Shown in pieces: positions 11,673 through 24,000 of a stretch of DNA of 64,000 nt (within the stretch, counting starts at the first letter, position 1; each line of letters starts with the position of its first letter). Position numbers and translations under genes: made by a program. The DNA comes from Azolla caroliniana (lineage: Eukaryota > Plantae > Polypodiophyta), in assembly GCA_043228905.1 (NCBI GenBank), contig JBHGNT010000015.1, positions 16,616,001 to 16,680,000 of the forward strand, written 5' to 3'. The notes beneath the pieces were generated by a model that was not told the origin of the DNA, made no database searches, and was given only the letters and a program-made list of their open reading frames with translations.

Positions 11673-12167
11673 CTACTGTATTAGCGCTTCTAGGTCGAGC
11701 TCCTCCGAACCGTTTTGCGTTGAGCTCTCTTCCGGCGGTAGTACATACTCACTCGCCGCTCTCTCTTCTCTGCCGCTCGCGGGCCACGTTGTTGCCGACC
11801 GCTCCCCATCGGGTTGCCGGCATACCCACTCCGGTTTCGCGTATCCGTACGCTTCCAATAGGGCTACCTCCAAGGACACCCACGACTCGTGAGCTTCTCG
11901 TAGCTCCTTGACCTTCTTGTGCACCGATGCGGCCGCCACTCGAGGAAAATACTCTAGCCGCATCTCCTCGTCCACGCCCCCTTTCGCCATCTCGGCCTTG
12001 TAGGCTCCCAAAAATTTTGGGACCTCATTCCCATTGAACCGGCCGACTCGATTGACCACCTTTTCGACGGCTTGTTGAGCCGCATCTCGCTTCGCCATCT
12101 TCCGTCCGGCTTCCATCACGATTTTTGTCATCATCTCCTCGAAGCCGAAGTCTTCTTCCATCTCCAT
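11673..12167 (-). CDS. Gag-like N-terminal ORF of element Y (truncated)
   Basis: Starts ~15 nt after the PBS. RVGRFNGNEVPKFLGAYKAEM...EYFPRV...KVKELREAHESWVSLEVALLEAYGY resembles a retrotransposon gag N terminus and matches 7670-7757. Confidence 0.6.
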   Translation of the reverse strand: MEMEEDFGFEEMMTKIVMEAGRKMAKRDAAQQAVEKVVNRVGRFNGNEVPKFLGAYKAEMAKGGVDEEMRLEYFPRVAAASVHKKVKELREAHESWVSLEVALLEAYGYAKPEWVCRQPDGERSATTWPASGREERAASEYVLPPEESSTQNGSEELDLEALIQ

Positions 12168-12182
12168 GCTCCCTTGCCGCCC

Positions 12183-12200
12183 TTCACGTCGTGTTCACCA
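12183..12200 (-). promoter_or_regulatory. Primer-binding site complementary to tRNA-Trp
   Basis: Plus strand TTCACGTCGTGTTCACCA matches 17/18 the 3' end of plant cytosolic tRNA-Trp as I recall it (TTCACGTCGGGTTCACCA). It lies 4 nt from the LTR end. Confidence 0.75.
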
Positions 12201-12204
12201 AAGA

Positions 12205-12731
12205 TGTCGCGTTGTTACCCGCGTGCGTGTAGAAGGGGCGGGACCACGGGGGTCTTGGACTAGGGAGTGGAGGAGAAAGAATAAGACACAAAATGGAAGC
12301 TTAGCTCAAGAGGAGGTGAGAAAGAATAAGACAATAACGTAGAATAGATGGGCAAGATGCTCAACAAGTTAGCTTAAGGAAACATAAACGCTTTACAATG
12401 GTGGCCGCCATGGCCGCACCAAATGACTATATCAAAACCCTAAAGGGAAACCCAAGAAGAAAAACCCTAACCGAAACCCTAAAACGAATAGGAAACCCTC
12501 GACCTAAGTGGTATGCCTCTCTCCCTCAAAATAGGCAACAACTTCATAAGTGACCCCTCCCTTCATTTTATAGCCCAAGGAGGGAGGGACCTTACAATGT
12601 GGGATAAAATTCCCCCTCTTATTTCTAACACTATTTCCTAGTATACATGTGCACATGGTGCACACCACCGATTTGCCTATTCCACCTCGGTTTCCACCTA
12701 TGGACGAAAATCTTCACGACATCGCGCAACA
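12205..12731 (-). repeat. 5' LTR of element Y (outer end at 12721 or 12731)
   Basis: Starts TGTCGCG and carries the family motif 'gggaccacgggggtcttggactagg'. Minus-strand TATA near 12567-12573. Ends TCACGACA (12721) or CGCAACA (12731). Confidence 0.7.
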
Positions 12732-13177
12732 TGAAATTCCGTTGTGAGGGAAATGGTTGGAGGGAGCACAACTGATGGGTTAACTCTTGGATGGCGGGGT
12801 CATGTTGCTAAAGCGTAGCGAGTTGTGGCAATGGCAATAGAAGATCGGATGTCTCAAGGAGAAATTGGACAGCTTGGAAGTCGGCGTGAGAGAGACTATC
12901 ATTGACCAAATTGGTTACACCTTTCGGTTGGTCATAGTTAGGATGGGGAAAAGTGACCAAGGCGAGGTTCAGGATGAAGCGAAGGGAAAAAGTGATCATG
13001 CTCAAAACACATTGCAATGATTTTATTGAGGTGGGGTGGGGGTAGTCAGTGATGGCAGCTACCTTTGCAGGGTCCATAGGGATTCCGTCGCCAGAGATGA
13101 TGAAGACGAGAAAACAGAGGCTGGTATTTCCCCATCCACACTTCTTCCATTGGAGTTGCAAGTTATGCTTAGTTATG
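12732..13177 (-). pseudogene. Old Ty3/gypsy RT/RNase H relic with internal deletions
   Basis: FLVFIISGDGIPMDPAKVAAITDYPHPTSIKSLQCVL...FSLRFI resembles the gypsy RT-connection (cf. MDPAKVQTVLEWQFPQSVRDIQCFLG at ~37160). It is followed by TNLVNDSLS (RH end-like). Confidence 0.65.
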
Positions 13178-16100
13178 CAACCGAGTAGTAAGTCACTTCT
13201 ATAAGAATCAAACACAGAAATGTGAAGAGGAGAGTACACAAGGAAAAATGACACAAGGTGTTTACGTGGAAAACCCGTAATAGGGAAAAATCACGGGAGC
13301 CCATAGACTCTGAACTATCACTATGAGGAGAAAGGGTACAATCAGAGACTCGGAGGCAATGACCTCGAGTTCTGTTCCTTCGCACAATGGTGGTTACAAC
13401 AGAGTATCACTCTGTATCTCTCTCTCTCCCTCTCACTCTGTACAACAATTACAACAATATGACAACAACACAATCACCTCTACTAAAGTGATTGCCCTAA
13501 GTCATATTTATACTTATATGAACTTAGGGCTATTTACAAATATAGCCTCAATGGGCTTACTCAGAAACATATTTACATATACGTCTTCTACATCTGGTTC
13601 TCAAGATCCCATCTGGAGGGACCGAAATCCCAACAATCTCCCCCTTCACTCTGACATGGGATGTTTCGTCAGCCCGATCCGTGTCCGACATGCGTCTAGC
13701 TTGTCGAGTGTCAGCACTTTGGTCAGCATGTCCGACCCATTCTCCTCCGTGTGGATCTTCGTCAGCACAAACTCTTGATCTTCTACTCTCTCCTGGATCC
13801 AGTGGTACCTCCGATGGATATGTTTCGTCCGGGAATGGTAGGCCGTGTTCTTTGCAAGATGGATGGCACTCTAACAGTCGCAATAGAGCCGGTATTCCTC
13901 CTGTTGGATCCCTAGCTCACCAATGAAGTCCTTCATCTAGATTATTTCCTTGCCGGCTTCCACAACTGCCATGTACTCCGCTTCCGTGGTTGACAACTCA
14001 ACCGTCTTCTACAGCCTCGACTGCCACGAAACAACTCCCCTTGCATAGGTCATGACATATCCAGATGTAGAACGGCTAGTATCCGCATCAACCCACATAT
14101 CTGAATCCGTGAATCCGTCAAGTTGGGGTTTACCGGAGCCGAATCGGAGGCACATGCTCGAGGTGCCTTTCAAATACCGGAGTATCCACTTGAGCGCGTT
14201 CCAATGCTCTTTACCGGGGTTGGTCATAAACTGACTCACCACTCCGACTATGTATCCAATATCTGGTCAAGTACACACCATTGCATACATCAAGCTTCGG
14301 ACCGTAGAGGCATATGGAATCTTCATCATATACGCCTTCTCTGCCTTTGTCCTCGGGCTTTGCTTACCGGATAATCTGCAGTTTGTCGGGAGTGTCGATT
14401 CGACCGGTTTTGCTTCTAACATGTTAAACCGTTGAAGCACCTTTGTCACATACTTTTCTTGTGATAGCCACAATTGCTTCTTCGACCGGTCCCATATGAT
14501 GTGCATCCTAGAGAAAGTACGGTTAAGGGCCTTCTTCAGCATCCGTATCTTGACTTGGTCTCATTCGACAATCAACATGTCGTCCACGTATAAGAGCAAT
14601 ATCAAGAAATCTCCTCCATCAAATTTATTCACAAACACGCAGTGATCGGCTTGTGTCTTGTGGTACCCTTGATCGGTCATGAAGGAGTTAAACTTCCGGT
14701 ACCATTGTCGGGGAGCTTGCTTCAGTCCGTATAAGCTCTTCTTCAGCCGGCACACCATGTGCTCCTTCCCTTTCTTCTCAAATCCTTCTGGTTGATGCAT
14801 GTAGATCTCTTCTTCGAGGTCTCCGTGTAGGAATGCCGTCTTGACGTCCAGTTGCTCTACCTCGAGGTCCATGCTTGCCGCTATGCCCAATACCGTCTAG
14901 ATGGATGTCATCTTTACTATTGGGGCAAAGATCTCATCGAAATCCACTCCTTTCTTCTGCTGGAAGCCCTTCAATACGATTCGGGCCTTATCCTTGGTGG
15001 ATTTCCGGCGTCTCCCGGTTTCAGCTTGTACACCCACTTGTTCTGGAGTGCCCTCTTTCCTTTCGGCAACTCCACCAATTCGTATGTGTGGTTCTCATGT
15101 AGGGAATCCATCTCATCTTGCATGGCACTCAACCACTTACGGTTGTGGGTGTCTCCCCTTGCTTCTTCAAAGCTTTCCGGCTCCCGGTTTAAGCTTGTAC
15201 ATGCTCTTCATCCGGAAATCTTGGGGGGGCTCTTCTCTCTCGGAGAGGATATCTCTGTCCTTGGTTTCTGACTGCCGGTTCTTCCGTTTGTTCCTCATCC
15301 TCATCTGATTCGGGATCTTGTCCGATTCCAGTGTCTTCTTCTGCTTCTTCTTTGGTCGATTCAGTTTCTTGTCCGAATCCGGCCGGTTTGTCGAGTGTCG
15401 GTTGCCAGTTTTCAATGGATGATCCGGAGTTCGTTACCTTCTTCTCCGACTCCCAGTCGGCAATGGTCCTGTCTTCCATGAAGACTATGTCCCGACTCTG
15501 GAACACCTTTCTATCTACCAGATCTCACACCTAGTAACCGAACTCATCATCGTCGTATCCAAGGAATATGCATGGCCAGGACTTCGGATCTAGCTTTGCT
15601 CTCTTGTCCTTTGCCACGTGCACGTATGCAAGACACTCGAACACCTTTAGATGCCGGTAAGACACATCCTTACCGGTCCATACTTTCTGCGGTGAGTCTC
15701 CGTCCAAGGATACTAAGGGTGATTTGTTTATCACATAGGTCACCGTTGTGAGCGCCTCAGCCCAAAACGTCTTGGGTAACTTGGCATGTGCGAGCATGCT
15801 CCGGACTCTCTCCATTATGGTTTGGTTCATCCTTTCGGAAGCCCGTTTAGTTCCAGCGTCTTTGGCACAGTAAACTCGAATCGGATTCCCTTCGACCGAC
15901 AATACTCCTCGAACTGTCCCCGGTATTCTCCTCCGTTATTTGCTCGAACCTCTTTCAACTTCTGGCCGGTTTCTCTTTCCACTCTCGCATGGATCTCCTT
16001 GAAGACAGATAACACTTGATCCTTCGTCTTCAACGGTGAGACCCACAGCTTCCGGCTGTGGTCATCTATGAACTTCACGAAGTACTACGATCCAGCATGT

Positions 16101-18069
16101 GACTTCGTCTTTACTTTACACACATCGGTATGCACCAACTCCAGTGGTGCATTCCATCTCATCGGTGGTCTTGACCGGAAGGAGGTGCAGTTTTGCTTAC
16201 CGGCCAAGCAATCAGTGCACTTCTCAAGTTGCACATCCTTCACCGGAATGAGATTGTCATTGGCAAGTCTCTTCATCCCCTTCTCACTCATGTGACACAA
16301 CCTCTTGTGCCATAGCTCACCGGTAGTGTCGGATGCTACATTTACTTCTTCCCGGCATATCTGGGCATTCATCAAGTACAGTGTGTTGACCTTCCGGGCT
16401 TAAGCCACTATTAAGCTCCCTTTGCAGAACTTCATGACACCGTTCCGGATGCTACCTGTGTAGCCTTCATCATCTAGCCGACCAACTGATATCAAGTTCA
16501 GTGAAACCTCCAAAACGTGTTAGACATCCTTCAACAACAACTTGCATCCGGTTGATGTCTTCAACAACACATCTCCTATGCCAATAATTTGGCATGTCCC
16601 TTCATTCCCCATCCGGACATAGCCGTCCTCACCGGCTGTGTAGGATGAGAAACATTTCCGGTCTGGGGTAAGATGGAACGACGCTCCGGAATCGACAACC
16701 CACGTTGTCTCGTCGATGGCAAGGTTCAACTCACTCTCCTCGGTGATGAGCATTAGTTCTTCTTCACTTGCCACGATCGCCGTCGTTCCCTTCCGGTCCG
16801 GGCCTCACCGATCCCAACTGTTTCGGTTTGGTGACTTCTTCGAATCGACACTATTGGTTCCCTTGTCTTTTCGGAAATGCCGACAGTTCTTCTGGAAATG
16901 CCCCGGCTTGCCGCGATAGAAGCAAGTGGGCCTCCCCTTTGACTTTGACAGTGTCCCCAACTTTTCCCAATTCTGGGGACTCCGATTTATCTGTCTTCTG
17001 CGTTCTGATTCGGTAAGGAGGGCTTTGGCGTCGAAGATTACCTCCTTGTCTTTCTGACAGGCCTCCTCATCTAGCAAGCTCGACTTGACCCTTGCTAGGG
17101 ATAGCTGTTTTCCTTCCGGCTCGGCGTTGCCCAATGTGACAATTAACGTCTCCCAGCTATCCGGGAGGGAACCGAGCATGAGTAGAGCAAGTACCTCATC
17201 GGCGAGAGGTACTTCCAATGAGGTTGCTTGGTGTATCAGCCCTCGGAAGGAATTCATGTGCTCTGCCATACTGGAGCCGTCTTGGTAGCGGAGCCTCACT
17301 AGCTTCCGAAATACCAAAACCCAATTAACGACATTCTTGTTTTGGAACATGATGCCGATCTTCTCCCAGAGTTCATGAGCCTTGCTCTCTTCATTGAAGT
17401 TGTTGTACAAGCTCATGTTGATCAAGCACTGGATGTATGCCGTCGTCTTCATGTGCATCACCTCCCACACTGTGGCATCAATCTTATCCGGTCTCTTGTC
17501 CCCGAACTGGACCGGCAACCAAAGATCTTTAACCAGCAACATTTCCCTCATCTTCGACTTCCACACTAAGTAGTTGGAGCCGGTGAGCTTGAACATGCCG
17601 CCAAAATTTTCTTCCATTTTCTGTATTGTTTGCTCTGATACCAGTTTGATGAGAAATGCACGGAATATCGCTCGGCCACAACCGAGTAGTAAGTCACTTC
17701 TATAAGAATCAAACACAGAAATGTGAAGTAGAGAGTACACAAGGAAAAATGACAAAGGGTGTTTACGTGGAAAAACCCTAAGAGGGAAAAACCATCACTA
17801 TGAAGAGAAAGGGTACAATCAGAGACTCGGAGGCAATGACCTCGAGCTCTATTTCTTCGCACAGTGGCGGTTACAATAGAGTATCACTCTGTATCTCTAT
17901 CTCTCCCTCTCACTCTGTAAAGTGATTGCCCTAAGTCATATTTATACTTATATGAACTTAGGTCTATTTACAAATATAGCCTCAATGGGCTTACTTAGAA
18001 ACATATTTACAGATATGTCTTCTACATCCGGTTCTCAAGATCCCATCCGGAGGGACCGAAATCCCAACA
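13178..18069 (-). mobile_element. Ty1/copia LTR retrotransposon (Tnt1/Tork-like), mutated; left LTR truncated
   Basis: LTRs 13178-13635 (outer ~30 bp lost) and 17647-18069. PBS TGGTATCAGAGC (17632-17643, tRNAi-Met), PPT 13636-13644. Gag MEENFGGMFKLTGSNY, protease WVVDSGAS, GAG-pre-INT LWHKRLCHMS, INT, RT LDVKTAFLHG/YVDD, RH ADMLTK. Many stops and frameshifts. Confidence 0.93.
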
Positions 18070-21000
18070 TCCTTTTCTCAACCATCTAAAATTGGGGTTG
18101 GGGACCCAATTTAACATGGGCTTATTACTGATCCAAATGCCCACAGATTTATTCCAATTTATTTTAGCATCTGATCCCCTACAAAACTCATCGATAGCAT
18201 TTTGCAATTTACCCAAGTTGTGTGCATCACCTTTGACATAGGTCATTGTGTCATTAGCATATGCCGTATGAAGCACCATACCTTCATCATCGAGCAAGGT
18301 AAGGCCTTTTATTTGCCAAGATCTATCAGAAATTTGATATCCAAAGTTTCTGCTACAATGATGTATAAGTACGGGGCCAATGGGCATCCTTGGCGTACAA
18401 ACGTAGCATCTTAAAGCTCTTCCCCATACTTCCAGCCATTAACACCTAGCTGGATGCACCTCTATAAAAGGCACTCATTCTCAGGATCCATTGTTGTTTA
18501 AAGCCTAGGGCTACCATCACCGCTTCTAGGAAATCCCATGAAATCCTGTCATAAGCTTTTTCGAAGTCGAGTAGCATTATTGCTAGGTCCACTTCTTGCT
18601 CCTCCGCCCATGCTGAGTATTCCCAGAATGTTATCACATTGTCAACAATGCTCTGGTTTTCCAGGAAGCCAGTTTGCGTTGTATGTATAATGTCCCCAAG
18701 AACCATTTTCAATCTCTTACTAACCTTGGGTATTAAATAATGGTCGCCAATTATCAAGCATTGTTAGGTCTTTACTAACCTTGGGTATTAAATAAATCAT
18801 GCCTCTACACATTGTTGTGGCCATTAATCCTTCTACCATAATGTATTGCATCCCTGCCAGCATGTCATCCTTTATTAGGTCCCAATATTGGATGTAAAAG
18901 TATATAGGAAGTCCATCAATTCCTGCACAACTTTGTTTGTTCATATCCCCAATAGCATCCCACAATTCATGCATACCTATAGGGGTATTTAGTCGGTCCA
19001 TCATCTGAGTTGTAACTTTCCTTGGTATCCTATTTATTATATTTTTGAAGGGAACTTGATCAATCAGTTCCTCATTGCATACACTTAGTAGTTGAGTATA
19101 ATAGCTTGTGGCTATTTCAAGCATGTAGAAAGTAGCGTGCGGAAGCAGGTATGAAGACAGAACAAAGGAAGGAAACTCAGGTTCAATGGAGAGCTTGAGC
19201 TTACACGGTATACGCGGGAGAGACAGAGAGAGCAAGAGAGAAGACACAAAAACTATATTCAACAATAATACTCAGTCTGTACATAAGACGTGCTCAGTGA
19301 ACACTTTTATACAAGTCCTGGAAGGACTGACCGAAGTACTGACAGTACTTCAATGCTCATTAAGAGCTCCTACACTAATTCCCAAATAAATTCCTCACGG
19401 AATATCTTTCCTAACGGCCTCCCGGTTTACGCACTCGGCCTAACCGATCAGTCCTCGGCTTCTTCAGCTGATCCAGCCGATGTTGAGCTTGTCTCTCAAC
19501 ACTCCCCCTCAAGCTCAACTTGAGGCTCTTCGGGATCCTCGGGCTCACAACTCCGGTTCCTCCTAGCTTCACGCCTTGCTCGCGCTCCTCGACCTGTTCG
19601 ACTCTGCGCACTTCGACCCTTCCAGTCGGCTTGTCTGCTCATGCGGCCTTTATCAGCTCTTCTGCTGTTGCGGTATTGATGCTTCTCCTGCTGCCTTTTC
19701 TTCCGCTTGGGCCTCGGTTGATTCAGCGTATCTGAATCAAACGTCCGAACCGACTCGGCTACCTCCGATCGGTTTTCGCTCTCGTCCGAGTTGGCTGTCT
19801 CCAACTCGTCTTCGGTCTTCTCGCCCTCGATGGTGTCGTCTCCCCCCATGCGTGGTTGGCTTCGGCTCTCTCCTTCGGCTGCTCCCCTTCTGTCTGCTTC
19901 CGGGCTTCTCCGCGGGTCCGCCCTCGACTTCAACCGATCCGAAATCGAACTCGACAACCGACTCGGTGTCGCGGTCTCCGCTCCTTTCCTGCTGCCTTGC
20001 TTGGTCGTTCGGGACTGTTCTCCCCCTCAAGTTTGGCACGTCGAGGTGACGCAATCCGAGCGCACCTGAGAATTGCCGCAACTTGTCCAGACCAAGAGGC
20101 TTTGTGAAGATGTCGGCAGTCTGCCGATCCGTTAGCACGTATTGAAGTTCGACTTCACCGGAAAGGACACACTCACGAACGAAATGGTAGTGCACCTCAA
20201 TGTGCTTGGTTCATGCGTGGAAAACGGGGTTTTTCGCGAGCTGGATACTGCTGAGGTTGTCGCAGTAGATCGTCGTCGGATCTGACACCTCCACTTGTAG
20301 GTCCTTAAGTAGCCGCTTCAACCATATGGCTTCGCATGTCGCGACAGCCGCTCCTCGGTACTCAGCTTCAGTGCTCGACAGTGCAATTGTCGGCTGCTTC
20401 TTACTGCTCCACGCGATCGCGGCACTCCCGAGGGAGAACGCGTATCCAGACGTGGATCGGCGATCGGCGGTATTGCCAGCCCAATCAACATCGGTGTAGC
20501 CGACTAACTGCGTGGTTGCACCGGTCCGATATAGCAGTCCCCGGTCCTTAGTGCCGTTGACATACCGAAGTATGCGTTGCGCACACTGAAGGTGCTCCTC
20601 GGTAGGTCGCGCCATGAACTGACTGATCACTCCGACCGGATAACTGAGGTCAGGTCGGGTGATGGTCAAGTATATGAGGCTTCCGACAATTTGTCGGAAC
20701 CTCGTCGGGTCGCATACCTTTCCCGTATCGGGACGAAGCTTGATGGTTCTGTCCAGAGGAGTCGAGAAGGACTTACAGTCGGCCATCCCGAGTTTGAAGA
20801 GCATACTCAGCACGTAATGACGTTGGCTGATCAATATGCCTTCAGGGGTACGGATCACTTCGATCCCGAGGAAGTATTGAAGGTCCCCCAGATCCTTCAT
20901 GTCGAACGATGCCGCAAGCTGAAGCTTCACGCGGTCAATTTCTCCTAGGTCGGCGCCGGTGATGACCAAGTCATCAACATATAGTAAAGTACTAACCGGT

Positions 21001-24000
21001 CCGAGTCGACCTTTCCGGATGAATAGGGAAGAGTTCGATTTTGACGTGACGAAGCCCATCCGACGCAGTTGTTGCGTAATCTTCGCGTTCCAGGCACGCG
21101 GGGCTTGCTTCAGTCCATAAAGGGACTTCTTCAGTCGGCAAACTGCCGAGGAGTTCGTTCTAGAGTGAAATCCGGGGGGCTGTACCATGTACACCTGTTC
21201 CTCAAGGTCACCTTGCAGGAATGCATTCTTTACATCCATCTGATGTAAGTGCCACCCCTTCGCCGCAACTACTGCGAGCAAAACACGGACGGTCCTCATT
21301 TTTGTGACCGGCGCAAACGTCTCATCGTAGTCGATGCCATGTTTCTGTGCGTAGCCCTTTGCCACTAGCCGAGCCTTGTACCGGTTGAGCGAGCCATCGG
21401 TGTTGTACTTGACTTTGTACACCACCTACACCCGATCGGCTTCACACCCTTCGATGCGTCAACCAGGTCCCAGGTCTCGTTCTCCACCAATGCATGCATC
21501 TCTTCCTCCATCGTGGCACGCCAATTCGTGTCCTTCGCCGCTTCTACGTAGCTCTCCGGCTCACGCACTTCCATTACAGGGGTCATGTACGCATAATGAT
21601 GCGCCATGTACTCGTTGTATCCGAACCGCAAAATAGGGTTCTTCTGGCGGGTAGATCGGCGTAATCTCACATTAGCCGATGTCGAAGCCTTCTCGGTCGA
21701 CGCGGTCTTCACCTTTAAAGGCCCGTCATCGGTTCCCTCGGAGTCGGACTCGCGTCGGTCTGACTCGTTCCTTTCCGTGCCGGAATCCGACACCTTCTTC
21801 TTCCCTTTCTCTTTGCGCGTAAGCCATCTGCTCGGCTTCCTGCGCGGGAAGTGCACGGCTGAGTCTCCACTACTCGCCGGCTCTTCATCGGACTGGTCGT
21901 ACCGACTCAGTCGTCCAATTGGTCCACTTAACCGGAGTGAAATCAGACTCTCTTCGCGGGTCTTGATTTCGGGCTCATCCGGAGGCATCTCGGCCTCGCT
22001 GACCTCATCGTCAGAGCTCGGATTGGAGTCGGGGTTCGGAGTCGGGGGTTGGTACCAGGATGCGGACTCGTCAAACACAACGTCGCGGCTGACACGCGCT
22101 TGTTTGGTGCGAGGGTTATAACACTTATAACCCTTCTGCTTGTCCGAGTAACCGACCAAGATGCATTTCTCGGCCTTTGCGTCCAGCTTCCTCCTTTTCT
22201 CCTTCGGTATATGCACATACGCAATGCTACCGAACACCCTCAAGTGTCGCAAGTTTGGCTTCGTTCCGAAATATAGCTCGTGCGCCGACACTTTGTCTCC
22301 GATCCGGTTTTGGATGTATACCGCGGTCCTTACTGCCTCTGCCCAATAGAACTTGGGCAAGCTCTTCTCCTCCAACATTGCCCGTGCCGCTTCCACAACT
22401 AACCGATTCTTCCTCTCGGCCACGCCGTTCTGCTCTGGTGTGTATCTACAACTGAATTCGCGCCGAATTCCCATTTGTTGTAGATAACCGTTGAATTGAC
22501 CGGAAAAGTACTCTTTCCCGCCATCCGACCGCAGACACTTGATCTTTCATCCCGTTTCCGTTTCCACGAACCCTTTGAGGTCCCGGAAACAGTCGAAGAC
22601 TTCGCTCTTCCTCTCAATGAAGTAGATCCACGTGTGCCGCGTGTGGTCATCGATGAAGGAGACGAAATATTGGCTTCCGCCAAGACTAATGTTTTGTGCC
22701 AGCCCCCATACATCAGAGTGTATAAGGTCGAGCTTGTTCCGGCTCCGGTTTCACTCGTTCGGGAAAGGAAGTCGGTGTTGCTTCCCGAGCTGGCAGGCTT
22801 CACAAATTTGTGCCTTTCAGCCACTAAACTTGGGCAATCCGAACACTACCTATTTCGATTGCAGATCTTGAAGCCGCTGGTAGTTGACGTGGCCTATCCG
22901 CTTGTGCCACAAGTCGATGTCCGACTCGGTTTTTTGTCCCTTTGCGAACATTGCGGTGCCGCCGTCAGTGGAATCAAGGATGAACATCCTCCCGTCTTTG
23001 CGCCCTTGCGCAATCACACGGCCTTCTTCCTCAATGAAGCACCCGAGGTGTGTAAACCGAACCTCCATCCCTTGGTCGACGATCTGTCCGACCGAGACCA
23101 AGTTTTTCGTGATTGTCGGAACGTGCAGCACGTTCATGAGTTTCCCTTTCTGCCCCACATGGCTAAGGGGAACTTCTCCGACATTCGCGATCGGATGCAG
23201 AGTGTCGTCTCCAGTTGCGACTACTCCAAATTGCATCGGTTTTTCAAGGTACGAGAACCACTCCTTATGGCTCGTCATGTGGTTTGACGCGCCGGAGTCT
23301 ACGTACCACACCTCGTCCGATCTTGGGGTGCTCTGTTTCATTGAGTTTGCTTCGTGTCTAGTCACGAAGACAGACCCTTCTCCGGCTCTCCCGGAGTCTT
23401 TGGCGTAATGCGATCACTGCCGATCTCCCTTGTCGGTATGTCCGGAGCCATTTCCGGAACCGGTTCTCTCCGAATCGGCGTGCTTCTTCCAGCACTCGCT
23501 TTCCCTGTGGCCTTTCTTGCCACAGTACCCGCACTCCGCGATGGCCTTCCCTTGCCGGTTCTCATCGCTTCAACTCCCCCTGTTTCCGGAGGGTCCGGAG
23601 TTGCTGTCGGCATCACTTCGGTGCCTTCTTCCTTGATCTCGTCGCCCGCCTCCATTGCGCTCCGACTCGCCTCGTCCTCCACATTCACGAGGCCTATCTC
23701 CCTCCGTGTACAACATTCTGCTGTCGGCGTGCATGCTTGTAGACGCACCCGCGTGGTTCTCCTCTACCAGGAGCATCGACTGTAAGTCGAAAAAGGACGG
23801 CGTATTCTCCCGGGTACACACAGCCGTTCGGAACGCTCCGAACTTCGACGCCAAACCTCCGAGACAGATCTGGACCATCTCGCTCTCCTCAATGTTCACC
23901 TCTATGCAAGCGAGGGAGTCGCAGATATCCTTGATCTTCGAGGTATAGTCTCCCACCGACAAATCGCGTTGTCGTAGGTTGCTCAACTCCTGTCGGAGCT

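Larger units (their letters stand above)
7759..12731 (-). mobile_element. Non-autonomous gag-only gypsy-type element Y (5' LTR, PBS, truncated gag, repeat-rich ORFs; own 3' LTR absent)
   Basis: 5' LTR 12205-12721/12731, PBS 12183-12200, gag-like ORF 11673-12167, long low-complexity ORFs 10380-11660 and 9431-10309 paralogous to element X. No pol motifs. Confidence 0.7.
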
